NCBI RefSeq assembly: GCF_006345805.1
Contig: NC_043023.1
Coordinates: forward strand, 7,688,001-7,752,000
Source of the DNA: Octopus sinensis
Taxonomy: Eukaryota
Length of the DNA stretch: 64,000 bases
Reading direction: 5' to 3'
Of the stretch, positions 34,962-47,300 are shown in pieces; positions within the stretch are counted from its first letter, which is position 1; each line of letters begins with the position of its first letter. The notes beneath the pieces were generated by a model, which made no database searches, was not told the origin of the DNA, and saw only the letters and a list, made by a program, of their open reading frames with translations. A program made the translations under genes and the position numbers.

Positions 34962-36190
34962 GTGAAGGCGCATGGCTCAGTGGTTAGAGCGTTGAGCTTA
35001 CAATCGTGAGGTTGTGAGTTCGAATCCTGGATCGGGCTGTGTGTTGTGTTACTCTCTCTTTTACTTGTTTCAGTCATTTGACTGCGGCCATGCTGGAGCA
35101 CCACCTTTAGTCAAGCAACTCGACCCCGGGACTTATTCTTTGTAAGCCCAGTACTTATTCTATCGGTCTCTTTTTGCCGAACCGCTAAGTGATGGGGACG
35201 TAAACACACCAGCATCGTTTGTCAAGCAATGCTAGTGGGACAAACACAGACACACAAACACATATAAATATACATATATACGACAGGCTTCTTTCAGTTT
35301 CCGTCTACCAAATCCACTCACAAGGCATTGGTTGGCCCGAGGCTATAGTAGAAGACACTTTCCCAAGATGCCACGCAGTGGGACTGAACCCGGAACCATG
35401 TGGTTGGTTAGCAAGCTACTTACCACACAGCCACTCTTGCTGTGTTCTTGAGCAAGACACTTTATTTCATGTTGTTCCAATTCACTCATCTGTAGAAATG
35501 AGTTGTGACATCACGGGTGCCAAGCTGTATCGGCCCCTTTGCCTTTCCCTTGGATAACACTGGTGGCGTGAAGAGGGGAGGCTGGTCTTCCATCAACAAC
35601 CTTGCCTGGACTTGTGCCTCGGAGGGTAACGTTCTAGGTCAGACGTAGCATGTAGACTATCACTTAACTTGTTTTATTTTTCTCTTCCATATCATTTTGA
35701 CATTGTGCTTTTAGTGAAGGTGCATGGCTCAGTGGTTAGAGCATAGAGCTTACGATTGTGAGGTTGTGAGTTCGATTCCTGGACCGGGCTGTGTGTTGTG
35801 TTCTTGAGCAAGACACTTTATTTCACGTTGCTCCAGTTCACTCAGCTGTAGAAATGAGCTGCGACGTCACTGATGCCAAGCTGTATCGGCCCCTTTGCCT
35901 TTCCCTTGGAAAACACCGGTGGCATGGAGAAGAGAGGATGGTACGCAAGGGTGAGCGCTGGTCTTCCTTGCCTGGATTTGTGCCTCAGAGGGGAACTTTG
36001 TAGGTGCAATCCCATGGTCATTTGTGACCAAAAGGGGTCTTTACTCTTTACCCTATATACATATAATGGCACAGAGAGGTGAGCCTGGTATGCATGGGCG
36101 ACTGCTGGTCTTCCATAAACAACCTTGCCCGGACTTGTGCCTCGGAGATTAACTTTCTAGGTGCAATCCCATGGTCATTCATGACCGAAG
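34962..36190 (+). mobile_element. Two tandem tRNA-derived SINEs; the first carries a nested minus-strand SINE A (35051-35436)
   Basis: Heads gtgaaggcgcatggctcagtggttagagc...gagttcgaatcc at 34962 and about 35714; the host body resumes after the insert. Confidence 0.8.
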
Positions 36191-37059
36191 GGAGTCTTCT
36201 CCTCCTGTTTTATAAATCCAGTGTACACGTGCATATTGCATGCTCATATTTCTCTTTCCGGTTCCTACTCAAAACCGTTTACAGATCATAACCGTCTCAC
36301 AAACCTGCATTCGTGAGGAGCACTTCACGCTCCACTGGCTGTGAAAGAACTGTTTTTAATAAACTTCCAGTCATGCATGACCAATGATATAAGAAGAACC
36401 CCTGGCCCTGACTGGAGTGAAGTGGTCATGGCCAGGCTACAGCTTATGCACATGCGCAAACACAACTAATCTGTCATTTGAACTTCTACATGCTCCACCG
36501 TTTCAATATCCGGGGCCACATCCAAAATCTGGACCTTTTTTTAGGGGTGGCGGCTGCACCAGAAAAAGTATAACACAAGTGAATTAAAGAAAAATTTTGT
36601 TTATTTATAGAGGAAAGCCCATCAGGGGCTGCCAGAAGAATGCTTGAGGGCTGCATGTGTCCCTGGAGGCTGTAGTTGAGAACTGTTGATGTAGGGGCAT
36701 CTTTGGTAATGATTATATAGCAATGTCCAGTCATGAATGAGCATACCTATGATCAAAGGCACTCCATCCATGACCACTCGTTTTTTTTTCCTACATGTAG
36801 AGAGTCCAAGACTACATAATGCAAAATATTCTTTTTCTAAAATACCAGAGTATGATTTGAGGTAGATTTGACTGCTATTTCTAGCAGGTTGCACGACCAC
36901 ATAGAGGCACAGATGATAATTGCACCAGTTCAGTCTTAAACAAGCAGACCTATGATCAAAAGCATTCTAGCCATGACCATCCTGTGTTTTTCCTATATGC
37001 AAGGAACCTAAACCTGTATTACCCAATGAGTCCTTTTCTAAAACATGACAAGGCATACT

Positions 37060-37555
37060 TGTGATCACAGTATAGTTTACAGAGGGTGTGGTTTATCAGA
37101 GATAATGGTTACTGGGGGTGGGCAGTGTAATTTAGCAAGTAGTAGGGCTTATTGGTGGATGTGAAGTATAGGGGTGTGGCTTCTTTACTGGGGCGGGGCA
37201 TAGTTTAATGAAAGTATGTGGCTTAACATGGGACATGGACTACTGGATGAGAAAAATAGGGGTGTGGCTTAAGGCTGTTATTTACTAGGGAGGAGGCTAC
37301 TGTTTATCAGAGGTGTGGTTTAACAGAGACATGCCTCTTAGGGGTGTGGTTTATTATGGTTGTAATTAACTGAAGAGTTAGTTCACTGGAGGTGTAGTTT
37401 AAGGCGATAATTAATTAGGGTGCCATGGATTTCAGATAGGTGTAGTTTACTGGGGGCTTTGGCTTAGTGGGAGTGTGGTTTATTAAGGGTGTAATTTACT
37501 GGGAAGTTATAGTTTCTTTGGGGTGGGTTAAGTGGAGGCATTACTTACTAGAGGT
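37060..37555. repeat. Degenerate GGGTGTGG/TTTATT tandem repeat
   Basis: Inverted, older relative of 38797-39250. Confidence 0.7.
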
Positions 37556-37563
37556 ATGTGTCA

Positions 37564-37945
37564 GTTAATCCTTTAGAATTTAAACCAGCCACATTCAGCC
37601 CAAATATTCTACCTGTTTAATGTTCAAACTATTCAGATTTGGCCTCTCATACTTACCCAACAATGTCATTCTAAAATTAAACAATAACATCATTGAAATC
37701 TCAAGGTTATGAGATAAAGCAGGATTAATTCCAAACGATGTGAATAAATAAGCATTACATTTGACAGGGTACCCTGAATACTAACAGGTTAAACTAGTCA
37801 CAACTAGCCAAAATATTCTACCTGTTTTATGTTCAAACTACCCAGATCTAACCTCTCACAGTTACCTGGTAATGTCATTTTAAAAATAAAACAATCACAT
37901 CATTGAAATCTCAAAGCTACGAGATTATGCATGATTAATTCAAAA
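37564..37945. mobile_element. TTAA-bounded MITE plus partial tandem copy
   Basis: ttaatcctttag...ctaacaggttaa, then a repeat of its internal part. Confidence 0.5.
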
Positions 37946-37959
37946 AATTAATTCATCAT

Positions 37960-38131
37960 AGGCACAGGAGTGGCTGTGTGGTAAGTAGCTTGCTAACCAA
38001 CCACATGGTTGCGGGTTCAGTCCCACTGCGTGGCATCTTGGGCAAGTGTCTTCTGCTATAGCCCCGGGCCAACCAATGCCTTGTGAGTGGATTTGGTAGA
38101 CAGAAACTGAAAGAAGCCTGTCGTATATATG

Positions 38132-38162
<31 letters not shown>

Positions 38163-38372
38163 TTGTGTGTCTGTGTTTGTCCCCCTAGCATTGCTTGAAA
38201 ACCGATGGTGGTGTGTTTATATCACCGTCACTTAGCGGTTTGGCAAAAGAGACTGATAGAATAAGTACTGGGCTTACAAAGAATAAGTCCTGGGGTCGAT
38301 TTGCTCGACTAAAGGCGGTGCTCCAGCATGGTCACAGTCAAATGACTGAAACATGTGAAAAGAGTAAAAAAA
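37960..38372 (+). mobile_element. SINE family A, full length
   Basis: Head ggcacaggagtggctgtgtggtaag (A box), B-box-like ggttcagtccc. Confidence 0.85.
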
Positions 38373-38796
38373 GAGTATCTGGATATGGCCAGTTTAAATG
38401 GTAAAGGGTCAACACAAAAATCCCAGTCCTGCATGATTGTGTTGCAGAACAGAAATGAATAATAGAAGAAGATTCCTCTCTTCTTTCAAAATGAATGTAA
38501 ACAAGGTTAGTATGTTTCTTGTTATATTATGCATTTCAGAACTGGCTGACTGAAGCTATCTCATGTGGTGCTATATCTGGCAGGAGATTTAAGAGTTAAT
38601 AAAGATTAAAATGGCATGCAAAGTTTTTTTAATTTGTCCAGCATTCTAGGAGGAAAAAGAAGATATATATAGATCCAAAACCTGTTGCCTTCTGATTCAG
38701 AGAAAGGACAAAACTTTCACTAATTTTTTTTGCAATGTAGTATGCGGGGGCTGGTATTTGCCAGTTTGAGGACTCTTGTTCTAGTGAATTACAGCC

Positions 38797-39250
38797 TTAA
38801 TAAACCACACCCTCACAAGTAAACTTAATAAACCACACCCTACCAACAAACTCATAAAGCAACACCTCCACCAGCAAACTAAATAAACCACACTTTAGCA
38901 GCTAACTTAATAAACCACACCCCTAAGAGCAAATTTGATAAACCACACACTTTAAGGCAAACTTATTAAGCCACATCCCTACTAGTAAATTTAATAAACC
39001 ACACCCCTCTAAACTAACTTAATAGGCCACACCCCTAACCAGTAAATTTAATAAAACCACATCCCTCTAAACTGTCTTAATAGGCCACACCCCTAAACAG
39101 CAAATTTAATAAACCACACCCCTCTAAACTAACTTAACAGGCCACAACTCTAGTCAATAAATTTAATAAACCATATCTCTCTAAGCTAATTTATAAACCA
39201 CACCCTATCAAGAAACCACACTACTGTGGAATATTGAAATGAACCCTCCT
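38797..39250. repeat. About 28-bp minisatellite (ttaataaaccacaccc core), about 16 units
   Basis: Read directly; partial two-unit alternation aaaccacac/aggccacac. Confidence 0.85.
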
Positions 39251-39315
39251 CATAAATCACACCAGCCTATCATTGAAGCACCAAGACAGTTTTACATTAG
39301 CACCATATATGGTCA

Positions 39316-39465
39316 TCAATGATGTAATACAGCCGCAACGAGGGAATTGGCAGAGTCAATACATCCTTCAAACTTGGAGTAGCTGAATCCGTCTCCGCCC
39401 ACCAACAGTGACGGATCTTTGGACAGTTGAACACAGCCTGGGCTGCCAGGAAATGGCGTTCGGAC
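39316..39465 (-). CDS. RNLS: RNLS exon 7 (terminal)
   Basis: cag|GTC CGA ACG...CAT CAT TGA; [49 protein letters not shown]. Confidence 0.92.
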   Translation of the reverse strand, partial: VRTPFPGSPGCVQLSKDPSLLVGGDGFSYSKFEGCIDSANSLVAAVLHH

Positions 39466-39824
39466 CTGGAGAAGAGAAGAGAGAGAGGGAGTAAAACATA
39501 GAGAATTTGAGAGATAGAGAGAGACAGAGAGATAGATAGACAGACAGACAGACAGACATATAGATAGATAGATAGGAAGGGCATGGCGTTAGGAAGGGCA
39601 TCCAGCCGTAGAAACACTGCCAGATTTGACTGGGCCTGACGAAGCCTTCCAGCTTCACAGACCCCAGTTGACCCGTCCAACCCATGCTAGCATGGAAAAC
39701 GGACGCTAAACGATGATGATGATGATGATGATAGATAGATAGATAGATAGACAGACAGATAGATAGATAGACAGATAGATAGAAATAGATAGACAGACAG
39801 ACAGACAGATACATACATACACAC

Positions 39825-39868
<44 letters not shown>

Positions 39869-40030
39869 ATAGAGAGATAGATAGAGAGAGAGATAGAGAC
39901 AGTGAGAAACAAATAAGAGAGAGTGTGGGGGCAAGAGAGAAAGAAGGAGAGATTGATATTGAGAAATAAACAGAGATAAATAGAAAAAAGTAAGACAGGA
40001 GAAAGGCAGAATAAAAGATATGTATATATA

Positions 40031-40082
<52 letters not shown>

Positions 40083-43000
40083 AGAGAGAGAGAGAGTAAG
40101 AGAGTGAGATAGAGAAAAAGAGAGCAGGAGGGAGAAGGAGAGAGAGAGTGACAGAGAAAGAGAGGGTGTGTGTGTGGTGGGGGCATGAATTTACCTGAGA
40201 GTATCTCCATTTGTGTCCCTTGACAAATTCCGGGTCTGGCAAATTAGGGAGCAGCCCTCGTACATAGTCTAACATGATGGGTTTCACATCGTCCTTGCTT
40301 TCTTCTACATGTTCCACACCCCAGGGGACACTGCTGTGTACCACAATGGACTGTGCACCCTGCGGGTCAGCTGAAATTGAAACACAGAGGAATATCGAAA
40401 ATAGGGATCTGTTTCGTATGTGTTGTTTAGGTAATCTCTTTCTTTCTCTTACTTGTTTCAGTCATTTGACTGTGGCCATGCTGGAGCACCGCCTTTAATC
40501 GAGCAAATCGACCCCGGGATATATTCTTTTATTAGCCCAGTACTTATTCTATCGGTCTCTCTTGCTGAACCGCCAAGTGACAGGGACGTAAATACACCAG
40601 CATCGGTTGTCAAGCAATGCTAGGGGGACAAACACAGACACACAACCACACACACGCATATATATATATATATATATGACGGGCTTCTTTCAGTTTCCAT
40701 CTACCAAATCCACTCACAAGGCTTTGGTGGGCCCGAGGCTATAGTAGAAGACACTTGCCTAAGGTGCCACGCAGTGGGACTGAACCTGGAACCATGTGGT
40801 TGGTAAACAAGTTACTTACCACACAGCCACTCCTGCGCCTATAATGGTAAAGTTATGTTCTGGAGTCATGCAGAGTCATAAGGTTTAGTAGAGTCATGTG
40901 GGTTAGTGGTTAAGGTGCTGGACTCATGATTGTAAGATTGTGGTTTCAATTCCTGGACTAGGCACTAATTTGTGTTTTTGAGCAAAACACTTCATTTCAT
41001 GTTGCTCCAGTCCACTCAGCCAGTAAGAAGGAGTAATCCTGCGATGGACCAGCATCTCATCCAGGGGGGTAATATATACACCATGAAACCAGCCCTTATG
41101 AGGTATGTCGTATATATTCTCTCTTTTACTTGTTTCAGTCATTTGACTGCGGCCATGCTGAAGCACTGCCTTTAGTCGAGCTAATTGACCCCAGGACTTA
41201 TTCTTTGTAGGCCTAGTACTTATTCTATCAGTTTCTTTTGCTGAACCGCTAAGTTACAGGGTCGTAAAAACAACAGCATCGGTTGTCAAGCGATGTTGGG
41301 GGGACAAACACAGACACACAAACATATACACACACACACACACACATATATATACATATATACGACGGGCTTCTTTCAGTTTCCGTCTACCAAATCCACT
41401 CACAAGGCTTTGGATGGTCCGAGGCTATAGTAGAAGATACTTGCCCAAGGTGCCATGCAGTGCGACTGAGCCCTGTACCATGTGGTTAGGAAGCAAGCTT
41501 TTTACCACACAGCCATGCCCAACCACAAATAAAAAATAAATGGAGATGGAAAACAATGGGGTAAACAATAAAATGATAAAAATGAAGAAAAGGATAAAGT
41601 TATTTATTTACCCGTACCCCTCTTTTGCGTATCCACACAGATATAGCGTAGACAGGGATGGCCATCGATATATTTGGCAGTCCATGGTAAATTCAGCGTG
41701 GTCCCAGGAGGGTAGTAAATACCAAGACAGAATCTGGATGAATAACTGACACTCTCCAGCTGCTCTTTCAATGTCTTGTTTGAATCTGCAGACATAAAAG
41801 TTTGGACAGAGTTAGGCATGGATGGGTTGGTGGAGAGTTCTTGATTTTTGTATTCATACTTTTTTTTTACATTTTTCTTTACTAGTTTATTTCACCAGCA
41901 CCAGCACCAGCAGCACCACCACCACTATCACTACCACCACCACCACCACCACAACCAACACCTCTACCATAACCACTACCACCACTGACACCACAACCAA
42001 CACCACCACCACCTTCACCACCACTGCCACCATTACCACAACAACTACCACCACCACATTCACCACTACTGACACCACAACCAACACCACCACCACTGCC
42101 ACCATTACCACAACCACCACCACCACAACCACTACCACCACCTTCACCACCACTGGCACCACTACCACAACCACCACCTTCACCACCACTGACACCACTA
42201 CCACAACCACCACCACCGCCACCACCATCACAACCACTACCACTGCCACCACTACCATCACCACCACAAGTACGTAAACACACCAACACCAGTTATCAAG
42301 CAGTGATGGAGGGGACAAACACAGACACAAAGACACACACACATAGACATATGTGCATATATATACATACATACATATATACATACATACATATATATAT
42401 TAAAGCATATTACTCTACCTTCGGTATTTGAGTACTACTTTTTCCATCTTGTTTCACATATATATGCCCTTCATAACACCAACTTTACAATGTGTTTAGC
42501 CCTTTGTGGGTAGTAAAGAAATAGGTATTTCATCTGCCGCTACGTTCTGAGTTCAAATTCCGTCAAGGTTGACTTTGCCTTTCATCCTTTCGGGGTCGAT
42601 AAATTAAGTACCAGTTATGGACTGGGGGTTGATGTAATCGACTTATTCCCTTTGTCTGTCCTTGTTTGTCCCCTCTATGTTTAGCCCCTTGTGGGAAATC
42701 GAAATGGTTAGCGGTATTTCGTCTGTCTTTAAGTTCTGAGTTCAAATTCCGCCGAGGTTGACTTTGCCTTTCATCTTTTCGAGGTCGATAAATTAAGTAC
42801 CAGTTACGCACTGGGGTCGATGTAATCGACTTAATCCCTTTGTCTGTCCTTGTTTGTCCCCTCTGCGTTTAGCCCCTTGTGGGTAGTAAAGAAATAGGTA
42901 TTTTATAATAAAAAAAAAAATAATAATAAAAAACATTGTGTACAGTGCTCAGGTGCACTACAACTCATCTAAAGTGTATGTATAATCAGGTGTAGTTTCG

Positions 43001-44333
43001 GCGGATTTCGGAAAGCATGAGGGCCTTAAAGGATGCAGTGTCATGGCAATCAACAACTGACGCAGGCAGTTTGTTCCATGCTTCAGCAACTCTGAACGTG
43101 AAAAAATGTTTCCGAAAGTCATGGGAGCTGTATTGTTTTCTGACTTTGTAGGCATGTCCACGTGTGTTAGACACATGGAGATCAAAAAGGTGTTCAGTGT
43201 TGTTGTTGGTGAGGTGGTTGATAACTTTGTGGGTGTTTACCAAGTCCATCGCCAGACGCCGGAGCTTCAGTGAATCAATGCCCAGGGAAACAAGGCGCTC
43301 AGAGTATGGTAGGTGTCTGATGGAGGGTATGCGTTTGGTTGCACGTCTCTGAACAGATTCCAGGAGGTCAATGTTCTGAGCAAGATAGGGGTTCCAAACT
43401 GATGATGCGAATTCCAAGTGTGGTCGTACCATAGCTGTATACAGTTTTAAATAGATGGCTGTAGAGCGGCTAACAAAAGTCTTGCTGAGTGATGCCAAGA
43501 CACCCTCGGCCTTCTTGACAATTTTAGAGATATGCTTTGTCCAACGCAAACGTTGTGAGTTCAAATTCCCCGAGGTGGACTTTGCGTTTCATCCTTTCGG
43601 GGGTCGATAAATTAAGTACCCGTTACGTACTGGGGTCGATATAATTGACTTAATCCCTTTGTCTGTCCTTGTTTGTCCCCACTATGTTTAGCCCCTGTGG
43701 GCAATAAAGAAATAAGAGTAGAAAGTGGACTATGAACTTACTTAATATCTTTGGAATGTCCCCTTCCAGCAAGAACAACTGTGGTATGGGGACAGTAAGG
43801 ATCACAGCGTCAAAGGTGTCCTGATGACCTGATTCCGTGGAGACAACAAGTTGGTTGCTGGCGGTTGTCGGATGCTTGGTGATGCTGACCACACGGCTTT
43901 CGAATTTCACATCGACCGGAGCTGGAAAGTAAAATGATAGAATGGATGGATGGGTGGATGGGTGGGTGGATGGGTGGGTGGATGGGTGGATGGATGGGTG
44001 GGTGGGTGGGTGGATGAGTAGATGGGTGGGTGGATGGATGGGTGGATGGGTGGGTGGATGGATGGATGGATATACAGGTAGCAATGTTAGTTTCAAATTT
44101 TGGCACAAGGCCAGCAAGTTTATTACATCTAGTGGATGAAGCAAGTAAAAGATAAAAGGGACAAGAAAAAGAGATAAGTAGCTCACTTCCCAACCACATG
44201 GTTCTGGGTTCAGTCCCACTGGGGCAAGTGTCTTCTACTATAGCCTCGTGCTGACCAAAGCCTTGTGAGTGGATTTGGTAGGCGGAAACTGAAAGAAACC
44301 TGTCGTATATATGCATATATATATATATATTAT

Positions 44334-44366
<33 letters not shown>

Positions 44367-47300
44367 TTATGTACATGTGTGTATATGTTCGTGTGTCTGT
44401 GAAAAAGCAAAGTCAATATATGTATGTATGTATGTATATAATATGTAGGCGCAGGAGTGGCTGTGTGGTAAGTAGCTTACTTACCAACCACATGGTTCTG
44501 GGTTCAGTCCCACTGCATGGCAACTTGGGCAAGTGTCTTCGACTATAGCCTCGGGCTGACCAAAGCCTTGTGAGTGGATTTGGTAGACGGAAACTGAAAG
44601 AAGCCTGTCGTATATATGTGTGTGTGTGCGTTTGTGTGTATGTGTTGGTCCCCCCCACCAACAACATTTGACAACCGATGCTGGTGTGTTTACGTCCCCG
44701 TAACTTAGCGGTTCAACAAAAGACACCAATAGAATAAGTACTAAGCTTACAAAGAATAACTTCTAGGGTTGATTTGCTGAACTAAAGGTGGTGCTCCACC
44801 ATGGCCACAATCAAATGACTGAAACAAGTAAAAGATTAAAGAGAGAGTATACAATTCCTAATAATATTTTATCATAAAAATATAATGGGATTTTTTTCAA
44901 ACATTGGAATGGATAGCGTATGAAGGTCCACCTGAGAAGAATAGAAATCAAAGGAGTCCATAGGTAAAAAATGGTTGGGAACCATTGATTTAGAACATAT
45001 CCAACCCATGTTGACACAGATTGGACAGCACTAGTTATTAAACAGTGCTGGGAGTCAAATACACACACACACACAACAGGCTTCTTTCAGTTTCCACCTA
45101 CCAAATTCACTCACAAGCCTTTGATCAACCCTAGGCCAGAGTAGAAGATACTTGCCCAAGGTGCCACACAGTGAGACTGAACCTGGAACCATGTGGTTGG
45201 TAAGCAAACATATTACTACACAGCCATATAAGGTAATCTTACAAACCTGCACTGGATAGAAAATGCTTGACAAGGGCTGAAAATCCCTTAGGGCAAACAA
45301 AATTCTGTAAGCTGTGCCCACCAGGGCTTTCTCCTTCAATGAGGCCTTTAAAGGGTTGCAAGAGTCCAGTGGAAAACAGTTGATCGTAGATCCTGCAAGA
45401 AGCGAGACAAAATAATATAAGCGTGTGATTCCTAGAATCTTCTGAAATTGAGAGATATTTGCTTTTTAAACTTGCTGAGTCTAGAGAAAGGGGCAGTACC
45501 TATAAGTGTAGGAGTGGCTGTGTGGTAAGTAGCTTGTTTACGAACCACATGGTTCTGGGTTCAGTCCCACTGTGTGGAACCTTGGGCAAGTGTCTTCTAC
45601 TATAGCCTCAGACCAACCAAAGCCTTGTGAGTGGATTTGGTAGACGGAAATTGAAAGAAGCCTGTTGTATATATGTATATATATATATATCATCATCATC
45701 TTCGTATAGCGTCCGCTTTCCATGCTAGCATGGGTTGGACGGTTCAACTGGGGTCTGGGAAGCCAGAATGCTGCACCAGGCCCAGTCTGATCTGGCAATG
45801 TTTCTACGGCTGGATGCCCTTCCTAATGCCAACCACTCCGTGAGTGTAGTGGGTGCTTTTTACATGCCACTGGCACAGGTGCCAGACGAGGCTGGCAAAC
45901 GGCCACAATCGGATGGTGCTTTTTACGTGCCACCGGCATGGGGGCCAGGCAAGGCTGGCAATGACCACAATCGGATGGTGCTTTTTACGTGCCACCGGCA
46001 CAAGAGGCCAGTCGGGGCGGCGCTGGCAATGGCCATGTTCGGATGGTTCTCTTACGTACCACTGGCACTGGTATCACAGCTGCAATTTCCATTGATGTTG
46101 ATCGATTTCGATTTCCACTTGCCTCAACAGGTCTTCACAAGTAGAGTTTTGTGTCCCAAGAAGGAAAGGTATGCATAAGTGGACTGGCTACATCCCATGT
46201 AGAGGTCACGGGTTATGGTCTCACTTGTCCTGCCGGGCCTTCTCATGCACAGCATACTTCCATAGGTCTCAGTCTCTAGTCATTTCCTCAGTGAGACCTA
46301 AAGTTCGAAGGTTGTGCTTCACCACCTCGTCCCAGGTTTTCCTGGGTCTGCCTCTTCCACGAGTTCCCTCAACCGCCAGGGTGTGGCACTTTTTCACACA
46401 ACTATCTTCATCCATTCTCGCCACATGACCATACCAGCGCAAACGTCTCTTTTGCACACCACAACTGATGCTTCTTCGGTAAGATTTTAATTCAGAACTT
46501 TTGAAAATAAGACATTTGTACTACAGAGCCAGAGGCAGTTTCAGCCAGATTTATATCAAAAGGGTTAAAAAAAATCATGGTGACTTTAACCCTTTTGTTA
46601 CCATATTTCTGTCGAGATGCTCTGTGTTCCTTTCAATTAATTTTAAATATAATAAAGAATTTAGTAAAATAACCTAGTTATCATTCAGCTAGTGTTAGGA
46701 ACATAAATTGTGACGAGGGTTTGGTGGAAGATTTTAATTCAAAACTTATGAAAACAAGACATTTGTACTCAGAGCCAGAGGTGGTTTCAGCTGGGTTGGT
46801 ATCGAAAGGATTAAGAATTGTTTCTCTATTATATATCTTAACCCTTTCATTACTGTATTTATTTTGAGATGCTCTGTGTTCCATTCAATTACTTTAAATA
46901 TAACAAAGAATTTGGTCAAATAACTTAGTTATCATTCAGCTAGTGTTAGGAACATAAATTGTGACTAAGGTTTGGTGGAAGATTTTAATACAAAACTTAT
47001 GAAAACAAGACATATGTACTACAAAGACAGAGCCGGTTTCTGCCAGATTTATATCAAAAGGGTTAAAAATATCATGGTGACTTTAACCCTTTTGTTACCG
47101 TATTTCTGTTGAAATGCTCTGTGTTTCTTTCAATTACTTTAAATATAACAAAGAATTTATTAAAATAACTTAGTTACCATTCAGCTTGTATTAGGAACGT
47201 AAATTGTGACCAAGGTTTGGTGGAAGATTCTAATTCAAAACTTATGAAAACAAGACATTTGCACTCAGAGCCAGAGGCTGTTTCAGCGGGGTTGGTATCA

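Noticed and set aside
41822-42277. Thr-rich mucin-like ORF
   Set aside because: Degenerate (ACC)n microsatellite inside RNLS intron 4, with no splice or domain support.
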